DNA of 48,297 nt from Promethearchaeia archaeon (GCA_029856125.1 JAHQWJ010000032.1:1-48297); one strand, 5' to 3'. Shown: positions 19,051 through 29,232, counted from the stretch's first letter. Translations and numbers: made by a program. Notes: generated by a model from the letters alone, not told the origin.

Positions 19051-20418
19051 ATGACTGATTTTAGCTCTGAGATTTCGGAATTCTATAAATTATCCTTAGA
19101 CGAACAACAACAACTATTAGTTAAGCTACTAAGTTTAAATCGAGATTTTAGCTCAGAAATTTCGGGTTTCTATAAATTATCCTTAGAGGAACGGCAACAA
19201 CAATTAGTTAAGCTGCTAAATTTAAATCGAGAAGAAATTGATTTGATAAAGACTTTAGGATATTTTTCATCATCTCAAATTGATCGCCTAATAGAAAATG
19301 TGGTAGGAAGTTATCAACTACCATTGGGTCTCGCTTTTAATTTTACAGTAAACGATAAAGATTATATTATTCCTATGGTTATTGAAGAACCCTCAGTTGT
19401 AGCCGCTGCTTCAAAAATTGCCAAGATAGCAAGAGAAAAAGGCGGTTTTAGGTCAGATGAGGTTAAATCCATTATGATCTCTCAAATTCAACTAACTAAT
19501 CTAAAAGACATCGATAGCGCTAAAGAAAATATAAAAAAAAATAAAGAAAAGATTTTGAGTTTAGCAAACGAGCAAGATCCCTTACTTAATCAGTTAGGTG
19601 GGGGTGCGAAGGATATTGAAGTTAGAGAAATACAAACTAGAAAAGGGAAAATGTTAATTCTTCATCTTCTTGTCGATGTGCTAGATGCTATGGGTGCTAA
19701 CATAGTAAATACCATGGCTGAAGCCGTCAGTCCCTATATTGAGAATCTTTGTAATGGAAAAATCTATTTACGAATTGTATCCAACCTAACTACTCATCGA
19801 ATTGCAAGATGTAGAGCTGTGTTTGATAAAAACCTCTTAGGTGGAGAGGAAGTTGTAGAAGGTATCTTAAATGCTTACGAATTTGCATATGCTGATCCCT
19901 ATAGAGCAACAACGCATAATAAAGGGATAATGAATGGAATTATTGCTTTAGCCTTAGCCACGGGAAATGATACAAGAGCTATCGAAGCGGGAGCTCACGC
20001 GTATGCGTCTTTAAGCGGTCAATATAAGCCTTTAACAAAATTTGATTTGGATTCTGAGGGAAATTTAATCGGACAAATCGAAATTCCTCTTGCTTTTGGG
20101 GTAATTGGAGGGATTACACGAACTCATCCTATGGCGCGTCTAGCATTGAAAATCTTAAGAGTTGAAAGTGCAGGAGAGCTTGCTCAAGTAGCTGCCGCTG
20201 TTGGACTAGCTCAGAATGTAGGAGCATTAAGAGCTTTGGTATCGGAAGGCATCCAAAAAGGTCATATGGCTTTACATTCTAGAAATATAGCGAAATCAGC
20301 TGGTGCGCCTGAGGAAATTATTGAAGAAGTAGCAAAAAAGATGGTAAAAGACAAAAAAATAAGAGTAGATTATGCGAAAGAAATTATTGAAATAATTTCT
20401 AAAAGTAAAAACCTCTAG
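19051..20418 (+). CDS. mvaA: HMG-CoA reductase, class II (degradative/bacterial-type)
   Basis: IENVVG, EEPSVVAA, DAMGANIVN, YRATTHNKGIMNG, GNDTRAIEA, GIQKGHM. Confidence 0.95.
   Translation: MTDFSSEISEFYKLSLDEQQQLLVKLLSLNRDFSSEISGFYKLSLEERQQQLVKLLNLNREEIDLIKTLGYFSSSQIDRLIENVVGSYQLPLGLAFNFTVNDKDYIIPMVIEEPSVVAAASKIAKIAREKGGFRSDEVKSIMISQIQLTNLKDIDSAKENIKKNKEKILSLANEQDPLLNQLGGGAKDIEVREIQTRKGKMLILHLLVDVLDAMGANIVNTMAEAVSPYIENLCNGKIYLRIVSNLTTHRIARCRAVFDKNLLGGEEVVEGILNAYEFAYADPYRATTHNKGIMNGIIALALATGNDTRAIEAGAHAYASLSGQYKPLTKFDLDSEGNLIGQIEIPLAFGVIGGITRTHPMARLALKILRVESAGELAQVAAAVGLAQNVGALRALVSEGIQKGHMALHSRNIAKSAGAPEEIIEEVAKKMVKDKKIRVDYAKEIIEIISKSKNL
19057..19230 (+). repeat. 87-nt imperfect in-frame tandem duplication at the start of HMG-CoA reductase
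   Basis: DFSSEISEFYKLSLDEQQQLLVKLLSLNR versus DFSSEISGFYKLSLEERQQQLVKLLNLNR; units 19057-19143 and 19144-19230. Confidence 0.9.
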
Positions 20419-20493
20419 TTTTATAAAACGTGTATCCCATATAGTTCTAATAAAAATTAATTAGTAAACTTTAACGCTAAATAATGACATGAG

Positions 20494-21810
20494 ATGAGAA
20501 ATATGGGTTTTAGAGATTATTTGGATGGTTTAGATGAGAAAGGGCTATTAAAGAAGGTAGATGTTGAAGTTTCGAAAAAACTAGAGATTTCTGGCATATT
20601 GAAAGAAATGGAACCTACACCCGTAATGTTTAATAATGTTAAAGAATCAGAGTTTCGGGTCGTTGGCAATGTTTTCTGTACAAAAGATGTTATTGCTTCC
20701 TATTTCAATGTAACTCCATCGGACTTAATTCCGATGCTCTCAAGAGCAATTTTAGAGTGTTCAGAGCCAGATGTTGTAAAAAATGCTCCTTGTCAAGAAG
20801 TAATAGAACCCAATGTCGATTTAGATAACATTCCAATATTGTATCATTGCGATCGCGACGGTGGAAATTACATTAGTTCAGCTGTTGTTGTTACAAAAGA
20901 TCCCGATTACGGCCAGAACTTGGATTTTCATCGAGCTATGCAGTTCTCGAAAGATAAATTTGCTACTCGAATAGTCCGAGGTCGGAATTTTCACACATTC
21001 TTAGAAAAGAATGGGGAAATAGAAGTGGCCTTTTGCATAGGTAACACTCCAAATGTTCTGATTGCTGGCGCAACTTCAGTAGAAATAGGTTTTGACGAAT
21101 TGAAAATAGCAAATGCTCTCGAACCATTAAATCTTGTAAAAGCATATTCTGTAGATCTTTTAATTCCTGCTGAAGCTGAATTTATTTTAGAAGGAAAGGT
21201 CATACTTAAAGAAAAGCATGCTGAAGGTCCATTTGTAGACTTAACAGAAACTTATGATGTAATAAGAGAAGAACCCGTTTTTGAAGTGAGGAAGATAACA
21301 CACAGGAAAAACGCTATCTGGCAAGCTCTATTACCTGGTGCTCTCGAGCATAAAATTTTAATGGGTATGCCTCGTGAACCAACCATTTTTAATAAAGTAA
21401 ACGAGACAGGAGTTAAGTGCTTGGACGTAAATATTAGTCCTGGAGGGTCTTCTTGGCTCCATGCCATCGTACAAATCGATAAAAAATTTGATGACGATGG
21501 GAGAAAAGCAATAGAAGGAACTTTTGCAGGGCATACAAGCTGTAAACACGCTTTTATTGTTGATAAAGATATTAATATTTACAACCCTTTAGCTATAGAG
21601 TGGGCAATGGCAACTCGGTTTCAAGGTGATGTTAGAATGATTATAAAAGATAAGGAACCGGGAAGTAGTTTAGACCCGAGCGCAGAACCTGGAACAAAGT
21701 TAACGACTAAAATAGGTTTTGATTTAACTAAACCTCTTGTGGTTAAAGGAAAAAGTTTCGAGATAGCTGATTTTCCTAAGGTTAATCTTGACAAGTATTT
21801 TACCAAGTAG
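20494..21810 (+). CDS. ubiD: UbiD family decarboxylase, probable anhydromevalonate phosphate decarboxylase
   Basis: AEFILEG, EGPF.D...Y, VDKDIN, EWAMATRFQ, SSLDPS, KIGFDLT; lies in the mevalonate operon. Confidence 0.9.
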   Translation: MRNMGFRDYLDGLDEKGLLKKVDVEVSKKLEISGILKEMEPTPVMFNNVKESEFRVVGNVFCTKDVIASYFNVTPSDLIPMLSRAILECSEPDVVKNAPCQEVIEPNVDLDNIPILYHCDRDGGNYISSAVVVTKDPDYGQNLDFHRAMQFSKDKFATRIVRGRNFHTFLEKNGEIEVAFCIGNTPNVLIAGATSVEIGFDELKIANALEPLNLVKAYSVDLLIPAEAEFILEGKVILKEKHAEGPFVDLTETYDVIREEPVFEVRKITHRKNAIWQALLPGALEHKILMGMPREPTIFNKVNETGVKCLDVNISPGGSSWLHAIVQIDKKFDDDGRKAIEGTFAGHTSCKHAFIVDKDINIYNPLAIEWAMATRFQGDVRMIIKDKEPGSSLDPSAEPGTKLTTKIGFDLTKPLVVKGKSFEIADFPKVNLDKYFTK

Positions 21811-21822
21811 GAGTTCGAAAGT

Positions 21823-23016
21823 ATGAGGCTAAATCAAGAAGAAAAAGATATGCTTGAAGGGAAATTTGGCAAGGCGACGCAAAAATCAATGGAGATTCTA
21901 ACTACTCTCGGTGAGATTTTTGAAGCGGAAAATATGATTGAAGTTCTTGGTGTCCAAATAGCAGGCGTTTCGTACGCTAACTTAGGAGAAGCGGGTTTAG
22001 AATTTCTTACCGAAATGGCTGAAGATGGTAAAGTAAAAGTTTTAACGACTTTAAATCCAGCAGGAATGGATCGCGAGAACTGGCAGGTATTAGGAATAGA
22101 CGAAGAGTTTGCAATCAATCAAAATCGAGCCATCGATGCTTTCGCTAAAATGGGAATTATCACTACGTGCTCTTGTACTCCATATCTTATAGGGAACGCC
22201 CCCCATTACGGACAGCATATCGCTTGGGCTGAAAGTAGTGCAGTTTGTTATTCTAATTCAGTTATAGGTGCTCGAACCAATCGTGAAGGCGGACCAAGTG
22301 CATTAGCTGCTGCTTTAACGGGAAAGACACCTAATTACGGTTATCATTTAGAAAAAAATCGTCATGGCCAAGTTTTGGTCTCGGTAAAAGCTCCTGTCAA
22401 AGGTACGGATGAATTTGGAGTGTTGGGAAAATTAATTGGTGATAAATTAGTTGAATTAGGGAAAAAAATACCTTATATAACAGGAATCCCCTCAGCTACA
22501 GTTGAAGAACTCAAATCATTTTGTGCTTCTGTTGCGACTTATGGAGGTACAGCATTATTTCACATGGAAGGAATTACTCCTGAGTATAATAAATACCCAA
22601 CACCAGATGATGTTAAATTTGAAATAAATCAAAAAGATTTAGAATCTACTCGCGCTGAACTTATAGACGATGGATTAGAAATAGACTTTGTGAGTATTGG
22701 ATGTCCACACGCTTCGATTCACGAAATTGCTACCCTCGCTAAGCTCTTAGAGGGAAAAAATGTTAAAAAAGAATTTTGGGTTACCACAGCTCGACCAACT
22801 AAAAAGATAGCAGATGAAACAGGCTATACAAAAATTATTGAAGATGCTGGAGCTAAATTTGCTGCTGATACATGTTGCGTAGTTGCACCTATAAAGGGAC
22901 GCTTCAAAGGAATTATGGTGGATTCAGCAAAAGCCTGTTATTACGGGCGTGCAAAAAATAAATTCAAAGTAAAAATTGGTTCAATTGAACAATGCGTCGA
23001 GGAGGCGATAAAATGA
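21823..23016 (+). CDS. Aconitase X catalytic subunit, probable phosphomevalonate dehydratase large subunit
   Basis: TTLNPAG, TCSCTPY, AWAESSAV, RTNREGG, IGCPHAS, DTCCVV, DSAKAC. Confidence 0.9.
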   Translation: MRLNQEEKDMLEGKFGKATQKSMEILTTLGEIFEAENMIEVLGVQIAGVSYANLGEAGLEFLTEMAEDGKVKVLTTLNPAGMDRENWQVLGIDEEFAINQNRAIDAFAKMGIITTCSCTPYLIGNAPHYGQHIAWAESSAVCYSNSVIGARTNREGGPSALAAALTGKTPNYGYHLEKNRHGQVLVSVKAPVKGTDEFGVLGKLIGDKLVELGKKIPYITGIPSATVEELKSFCASVATYGGTALFHMEGITPEYNKYPTPDDVKFEINQKDLESTRAELIDDGLEIDFVSIGCPHASIHEIATLAKLLEGKNVKKEFWVTTARPTKKIADETGYTKIIEDAGAKFAADTCCVVAPIKGRFKGIMVDSAKACYYGRAKNKFKVKIGSIEQCVEEAIK

Positions 23017-23402
23017 AGTTAAAAGGAAGAAAAGTTTATAAAGGAATAGCCGAAGCAGAAGCAATAGTAACAAAAGATGGAATTTCGTTTTATGGTGGAG
23101 TAGATCCCGATACTGGAAAAGTTGTGGAAGTTGGTCACGAACTTGAGGGTCAATCTATCACTGGAAAAGTTTTAGTTTTCCCTACTGGTAAAGGATCGAC
23201 AGTAGGCTCTTATACGATGTATCGAATGAAGAAAAATAATACGGCTCCAGTAGCAATTGTAAATAAAGAAATCGACACAATCATAGCGGTCGGTTGTATA
23301 ATCAGTGAAATTCCATGCGTGGATAAGATTAATATTGACGATATTAAAACTGGACAACATTTAATTGTAAACGGTAACGAAGGTATCGTGGAGCTGAAAT
23401 AA
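23013..23402 (+). CDS. Aconitase X swiveling subunit (DUF126), probable phosphomevalonate dehydratase small subunit
   Basis: ISFYGGVDPDTG, HELEGQSITGKVLVFPTGKGSTVGSY. ATG 23013 overlaps the upstream stop (ATGA), with GGAGG upstream. Confidence 0.9.
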   Translation: MKLKGRKVYKGIAEAEAIVTKDGISFYGGVDPDTGKVVEVGHELEGQSITGKVLVFPTGKGSTVGSYTMYRMKKNNTAPVAIVNKEIDTIIAVGCIISEIPCVDKINIDDIKTGQHLIVNGNEGIVELK

Positions 23403-24338
23403 ATGGGATACGGAAAGGGATATGGCAAAACGATATTATTCGGTGAACATTTTGTTGTTTATGGACTCCCTGCAATTGCGTCTGCGTTAAGCTCCTCTAC
23501 AACTGCTGAAGTTCAAGTAGTAGATGGAAAAGGTTGGGAAGTCATCGATCAACGCCCTGCCACTCCCGGTTATAAAGAGAAAAAATACGATGAGGCAATG
23601 CAATCAATCAAAAATGTTATTAAACACATGAACATAGATGTTGGATGTCAGAAACTCGAAATAACTTTTTCTGGAGATTTATTTGCCGCTAGTGGTGTTG
23701 GAGCTTCTGCTGCACAAGCTACTTCTCTTGTCCGAGCAATAAATGAAAGCTTTACATTGATGTTGGATGACGAAAAGATTAACGAAGCTGCCTACGAAGG
23801 TGAGAAAGCATACCACGGAACTCCATCAGGGATTGACAACACGGCTTCTACTTATGGTGGCTTAATATGGTTTGTTAAAAACCTTAATGGTGGAAAGAAC
23901 ACTATGGAAATTCTCGATTCGGGAAAGAGGATGCCATTAGTCATTGCAAACACGGGAATTACAGCCTCCACAGTAGAAGTAGTTGGTGATGTTCGGAAAC
24001 TTAAAGAAGCCAATCCAGTAATATTTGAGAAGTTTTTTAACGAATATTATAATCTGGCAATAAACGCTAAAGTAGCATTACTTGAGGGTGATCCCATTAA
24101 TATCGGTAAATTAATGAACCAAAATCATAAATTACTCCAAGAAATTACGGTCTCGGGAGAAATTAACGATAAATTAGTAGAAATTGCATTAGATAATGGA
24201 GCATTAGGAGCAAAAATGACAGGAACTGGACGGGGGGGATTAGTTATTGCGTTAGCCGAAAACGACGAGGTCCAAAAAAATATTACTAATGCCATAGAAA
24301 TGAAAGGCTACGACGCCTGGAAAACAATGATAGGATGA
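23403..24338 (+). CDS. mvk: Mevalonate kinase
   Basis: GKTILFGEHFVVYG, SGVGASAA, HGTPSGIDN, GAKMTGTGRGG (GHMP kinase). Confidence 0.95.
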   Translation: MGYGKGYGKTILFGEHFVVYGLPAIASALSSSTTAEVQVVDGKGWEVIDQRPATPGYKEKKYDEAMQSIKNVIKHMNIDVGCQKLEITFSGDLFAASGVGASAAQATSLVRAINESFTLMLDDEKINEAAYEGEKAYHGTPSGIDNTASTYGGLIWFVKNLNGGKNTMEILDSGKRMPLVIANTGITASTVEVVGDVRKLKEANPVIFEKFFNEYYNLAINAKVALLEGDPINIGKLMNQNHKLLQEITVSGEINDKLVEIALDNGALGAKMTGTGRGGLVIALAENDEVQKNITNAIEMKGYDAWKTMIG

Positions 24339-24342
24339 GTGT

Positions 24343-25167
24343 TTGTCAAAATTGAATGCTGAAAGTAGTGTTATTCTATTAAAGTTAGGAGGGGGACTAC
24401 TCACTGATAAAAATGAACCCTTTTCTAAAAGAATAGATGTTATTAAAAGTGTTGTTAAACAAATTATTGATGCCAATGAAAAAATCATCTTGATTCACGG
24501 TGGTGGGTCGTTTGGTCATCCATTAGCAAAGAAATATAATATTTTCAATGGAATTGATAAATCCATACCAAATCAAATTTTTGGAGTGGTTGAAACCCAT
24601 CATTCAATGATTAGATTTAACTCGTATTTAATTGAACAATTCTTAGAAACAAATTACCCTGTTTTATCGATTCAGACTTCTAGCATCTTCATAAAGAAAT
24701 CAAATAAAATTTCATTGGAATCCTTAGATATTCTTGAAACTGCTCTGAACCTTAAAATCACGCCTGTTTTGTATGGTGATGTCTTGTTTGATAAAAAAGG
24801 ATCATTTTCTATACTTTCAGGAGATGATATTATCCTAAAATTATGTGAGAGTCTTAAAAGTTATAACATTTCGAAAGTAGTATTCGCAATGGAATCCGAT
24901 GGATTATATAAATCTGATGATTTAAGAGGTAATAATTGTAATTTACTTACTGAATGTTATTCAAGTGAGCTTGATGACTTAATTTTAGCAGATCTTGGTC
25001 AAAAAATAGATGTAACAGGAGGTATAAAGAATAAACTTACTAATATTAAAAAAATATGTAAGTTAAACATTCCTGTTCAATTGATTAATGGATTAACTGA
25101 AGGAAATATCTTTAAATCATTGAGGAATCAAAAAATAGATTGTACAAATATATTAATTAATGAATAA
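24343..25167 (+). CDS. Isopentenyl phosphate kinase
   Basis: LKLGGGLLTDK, IHGGGSFGH, PVLYGD, SGDD, DVTGG. Confidence 0.92.
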   Translation: MSKLNAESSVILLKLGGGLLTDKNEPFSKRIDVIKSVVKQIIDANEKIILIHGGGSFGHPLAKKYNIFNGIDKSIPNQIFGVVETHHSMIRFNSYLIEQFLETNYPVLSIQTSSIFIKKSNKISLESLDILETALNLKITPVLYGDVLFDKKGSFSILSGDDIILKLCESLKSYNISKVVFAMESDGLYKSDDLRGNNCNLLTECYSSELDDLILADLGQKIDVTGGIKNKLTNIKKICKLNIPVQLINGLTEGNIFKSLRNQKIDCTNILINE

Positions 25168-25176
25168 TTTTACATT

Positions 25177-26301
25177 ATGACTAGTAGCAAATTTGAAAAA
25201 GAGAATATGCCTGAACCAGAAAAAACTAAAGAAATTTTCAATAGAAAGGAAGAACATCTAAAAATTCCTATAGAGTACGACGTACAACATTCTATTAACT
25301 ATTTTGACGATATCAAACTAATCCATCACGCAATTCCAGAAGTCGATCTCGAGGAGATTGACCTTACAGTAAATTTCTTTAATAAACAAATTTCCGCGCC
25401 TATTTGCATTTCGGCGATAACTGGAGGACATCCCGTTTCAAAAGAGCTCAATAAGATCCTAGCCAAAGCTGCAGAAGAAGAAAATATCATTATGAGCGTT
25501 GGAAGTCAGCGGATTGGACTTGAAGATCCATCAACTATGGACTCTTTTAAAATCGTCCGTGAGTTTGCTCCTACTATTCCTGTTATCGGAAATCTTGGTT
25601 TAGGTCAAGTAAGCTCAACTTATTTTAGGCAAGAAGATTTGATCTCTTGTATCGATATGGTAAATGCTGATGTAATGGCTATTCACCTAAACGCTTTACA
25701 CGAACTTGTTCAATATAAGGGGAATATCTCGTATAGAAATTTTAGACAAAATTTCAAGAAAATTAGAGAAAGTACTAAGATTCCTCTCCTCGCTAAAGAA
25801 GTGGGTACTGGATTCAACCAAGAACTTGCACTACTGCTTGATGAGCTAGGTTTTGATGGGTTTGATGTTGGAGGAACTGGTGGGACGAGCTTTGCTGCGA
25901 TTGAATCAAAGCGTAATAATTTCGATAACGATAAATATTCCCGAAACCCTGCAGATGTATTTAGGGAATGGGGAATTCCTACACCCGTAAGTATTGTCAA
26001 TGTGCGAAAAGTATCTCAAAAATTAACGATTGCTACTGGTGGATTAAAAACAGGAATCGATATTGCTAAATCGATTGTACTCGGTGCTGATGTTGGTGGA
26101 TTTGCTTACAAATTCTTAAAATCCTCGTTGCAAGATAGAAAAAACGACACGATATCAAATACTGTGAGAGAAATAAGGACGCTAAAAAATGAATTATGTT
26201 CGAGTTTGTGGTTAATGAATTTGAGTAAATTGAACGAATTGAAAAACAAACGGGAAAAATGTGTTATTCTCGGTAATTTATACTTATGGTTAAATCAATA
26301 A
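25177..26301 (+). CDS. fni: Type 2 (FMN-dependent) isopentenyl-diphosphate isomerase
   Basis: RKEEH, AITGG, VGSQR, IHLNALHE, KEVGTG, GGTSFAAIE, WGIPT, ATGG. Confidence 0.95.
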   Translation: MTSSKFEKENMPEPEKTKEIFNRKEEHLKIPIEYDVQHSINYFDDIKLIHHAIPEVDLEEIDLTVNFFNKQISAPICISAITGGHPVSKELNKILAKAAEEENIIMSVGSQRIGLEDPSTMDSFKIVREFAPTIPVIGNLGLGQVSSTYFRQEDLISCIDMVNADVMAIHLNALHELVQYKGNISYRNFRQNFKKIRESTKIPLLAKEVGTGFNQELALLLDELGFDGFDVGGTGGTSFAAIESKRNNFDNDKYSRNPADVFREWGIPTPVSIVNVRKVSQKLTIATGGLKTGIDIAKSIVLGADVGGFAYKFLKSSLQDRKNDTISNTVREIRTLKNELCSSLWLMNLSKLNELKNKREKCVILGNLYLWLNQ

Positions 26302-26320
26302 AAAGCTCATTTTATACTAT

Positions 26321-26872
26321 CTACTTATCTCCCCATCTCTTGATATTGCTATCAACACCGATGTGATCAAGAATTCTCCCTACGAAATATTCGTTAATTT
26401 CTTTGATACTTTTAGGTTTCATGTAATAAGATGGAATTGGTGGCGCAATAACAACTCCCAATCTTGATAGCTTTAACATATTTTCTAAGTGAATTGCGCT
26501 GAAAGGACTTTCTCTTACAACTAAGATAAGTTTTCTTCGTTCTTTTATTATCACATCTGCTGCTCTGGTAATCAAGTTATCCGCATAACCGTTAGCAATT
26601 GCTGCTAGAGTTTTCATAGAGCATGGAATTATGATCATGATGTTATTTTTATAAGAACCACTCGCAGGACCTGCTGTTAAATCGTCAACATCATAATATT
26701 TATCAGAAAATTCAATTATTTCATTTACCTTATAATCTGTTTCAATGGTAATGATTTTTTCGGCTACTTTTGTTATAACCAGTTCTGTCTCTAATCCATT
26801 TTTCTTCAATTGCTGGAGCAAAGTTACGGCTAAATCAACACCACTCGCACCAGTAATTGCAACAAGTACCAA
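26321..26872 (-). CDS. ubiX: Flavin prenyltransferase UbiX
   Basis: VAITGASG, ASGS, PCSMKTLAAIANG, LITRAADV, RESP, HLENM; SD AGGTGA 6 nt before the TTG. Confidence 0.95.
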   Translation of the reverse strand: MVLVAITGASGVDLAVTLLQQLKKNGLETELVITKVAEKIITIETDYKVNEIIEFSDKYYDVDDLTAGPASGSYKNNIMIIIPCSMKTLAAIANGYADNLITRAADVIIKERRKLILVVRESPFSAIHLENMLKLSRLGVVIAPPIPSYYMKPKSIKEINEYFVGRILDHIGVDSNIKRWGDK

Positions 26873-26894
26873 TTATTTTCACCTAAAATGCTGT

Positions 26895-27962
26895 TTAAAA
26901 TTTTCTTTCTAATACAAAATTTAGTAAATTTTCAAAAAATTCTATCTCAGATTCGTTTACAACTGGTTTCAATTTACCAAGTGCATCTGAAGCTTCTTCG
27001 TAATACTTAGAAGCAAGTTTTTTACATGAATTGATTGCATCTGCTTCCATAAATAAATCTCTTACTTCTTTGACTTCTTCGTCACTCATTTCTGAGTTCG
27101 AAATTAAGTTGACTAAATACTCCTTCTTTTTTCTATCTAAATTGTTCATCGCTTCAATTAACAAACAAGTATGTTTACCTTCACGAATATCTCCGTCTGT
27201 AGGTTTTCCAGTAACCTTTTCGTCCCCAAATGTGCCTAAGATATCATCAATTATTTGAAAAATAATCCCTAAGTTTACACCATATGTTGACAAATGAGGA
27301 ATATATTCTTTCTCGAATTTTGCATAACTCGCTCCAATTAAGAGTGATTTTTCAATAAGGGCTCCAGTTTTAAGCGAAATCATACTGATATACTCATCCA
27401 TTGAGAGTTTTTTCTGATTTACCATATCGATTTCAATTAAGACACCATGGATTACCTCAGTAAAAGCCTGCCTGTAATAACGAATTGAATTAAGATTTAA
27501 ATCCATAGAAAATTTTTTGTTGAAGTAAGCCGTTGACCCCACAATGAAAGCGGTATCTCCCCCAATGATGCCTATACTGGTTCCAAAATCTGCAGCATTC
27601 ATTTTTTTTAACTGGTATTTCGAGTGATATTGCGCAAATTTATAGTGGAACGCAGGGTTCCCGCGTCGAAAATCATCCTTGTCGATGATATCGTCATGAA
27701 TTAATGTCGCATTATGTAAAAATTCTATTCCTACGCTTGGAACAATGATTTCATCTTCCGTTGTATTTGTAATCCCATTATATGCGGCGATAGTAAGCAA
27801 CGGTCTGATTCTCTTGCCACCTGCTAAGAAATAATCTTTCATTTCAGAATAATAATCTATTAGAAACTTGTTTTTCTTTTGGGCTATTATTCTATCAAAT
27901 ATGGAACCAATAGCGGCATTAATTTTGGGTTTATACAAAGTTGAATATGGAATAAATTTGAT
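26895..27962 (-). CDS. Polyprenyl diphosphate synthase (GGPP synthase-like); start ATC 27962 or TTG 27938
   Basis: GGKRIRP, LIHDDIIDKDDFRRG, KTG, FQIIDDILG, GDIREGK. SD AGGTGA (27969-27974) lies 6 nt before an in-frame ATC. Confidence 0.9.
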   Translation of the reverse strand: MKFIPYSTLYKPKINAAIGSIFDRIIAQKKNKFLIDYYSEMKDYFLAGGKRIRPLLTIAAYNGITNTTEDEIIVPSVGIEFLHNATLIHDDIIDKDDFRRGNPAFHYKFAQYHSKYQLKKMNAADFGTSIGIIGGDTAFIVGSTAYFNKKFSMDLNLNSIRYYRQAFTEVIHGVLIEIDMVNQKKLSMDEYISMISLKTGALIEKSLLIGASYAKFEKEYIPHLSTYGVNLGIIFQIIDDILGTFGDEKVTGKPTDGDIREGKHTCLLIEAMNNLDRKKKEYLVNLISNSEMSDEEVKEVRDLFMEADAINSCKKLASKYYEEASDALGKLKPVVNESEIEFFENLLNFVLERKF

Positions 27963-27972
27963 ATTTTATCAC

Positions 27973-29082
27973 CTAATCTAATAAATTTTTCATAACTATT
28001 TCGGAAGCACGGTGCGTTTCCCACAATCTTAAAAATTTCTTTAAACTCTCATCATCTTTGAAAATTTTATCTCGAGCTATTCTTTTTGCTTTCAGGATCT
28101 TTAGGAATCTCCGATCTAAAGATTTTTCGTATGTGGATCCTAATTTATCAAGTCGGTCTTTTTTCTCGCAAGCCTTTATCGTTTCGACAGCGATTTGGCC
28201 TGACATCATCGCATAAGGTATTCCCTTTCCACTTATAGGATCAACCATTCCCCCAGCATCACCCACAGCAAATACATTATCTTCATAAAGTTTTGGTCTA
28301 ACTCCTACAGGAATTAAATGAGGCTTAAAGATTTCCATTGTGGAATTTTTCAAAGCTTCCTTTACAAATGGAAGCGACCAAAACTTTTCAAACTCTTTTC
28401 TTGAATTCTTTACTAAATCAATTTGGTTACCCCAACCAACAGTGATTTTATGATTTTTTGGAAACAACCAAGCATAACCTACAGGCATTAACTCCTTGAT
28501 TCCAAAAAATAAGTGAACGGTATCTTTTCCAAGAATCTTATCAATATAAGATTTTGATGTGTTCATTTCTTTAGTAATCGTTAAAATTACATCTTGACTC
28601 TTGAAAAAAGGCCATCCCAAGAGTTTTAAGGTTGGAGAGGAAACACTATCAGCGGCAATTAAATATTTGGCTTTGTATTCATCTTTACGTGTCGAGATGT
28701 GATAACCGGATTTTTCTTTTTTAATATTGATCATTTGCTCGTTATCTTTTAATATAGCTCCGCTTTCGGTCGCTAAGTCAGTTAAAAATTTATCAAATAC
28801 ATCTCTCCACACAACTGCACCTTTACCTTTCTTTGAAAAATCCTCACCATCAACATGATGAAGTTCCAGGGATTCGATAATGCGCCCAATTTTATCTTCA
28901 GGATAATCAATTTCTTCGATAAGCTCCCATGCCATTGCTCCACCACACGCTTTATATCGCCCGCCATTATCGAGTTTCTCTTTTTCTATAAAACAAGTTG
29001 AATATCCATTATCAGCTGCAACTTTTGCTGCTATTGAACCACCAGGACCAGCCCCTATAACAACGATGTCAAATTCTTTCAT
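27973..29082 (-). CDS. Geranylgeranyl reductase family FAD oxidoreductase
   Basis: VIGAGPGG, KACGG, RDVFD, GYAWLFPK, GDAGGMVDPISGKGI. Confidence 0.9.
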   Translation of the reverse strand: MKEFDIVVIGAGPGGSIAAKVAADNGYSTCFIEKEKLDNGGRYKACGGAMAWELIEEIDYPEDKIGRIIESLELHHVDGEDFSKKGKGAVVWRDVFDKFLTDLATESGAILKDNEQMINIKKEKSGYHISTRKDEYKAKYLIAADSVSSPTLKLLGWPFFKSQDVILTITKEMNTSKSYIDKILGKDTVHLFFGIKELMPVGYAWLFPKNHKITVGWGNQIDLVKNSRKEFEKFWSLPFVKEALKNSTMEIFKPHLIPVGVRPKLYEDNVFAVGDAGGMVDPISGKGIPYAMMSGQIAVETIKACEKKDRLDKLGSTYEKSLDRRFLKILKAKRIARDKIFKDDESLKKFLRLWETHRASEIVMKNLLD

Positions 29083-29232
29083 ACTAAATAAACTATCTCT
29101 TTAAGTGTTTTTTATGATTAAAGTGCCTTAGAATAAAAATCGTTTCACATAATCAATAGTATTAATTATATAATTGGAAAAATCAGTTAACGAAAACAAA
29201 TTTTTTCTAAACAAAAATAATATGGCTATAAA

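Noticed and set aside
22992-23012. ORF-track start MRRGGDK for the DUF126 subunit
   Set aside because: This stretch contains the SD (GGAGG); ATG 23013 overlapping the upstream stop is more plausible.
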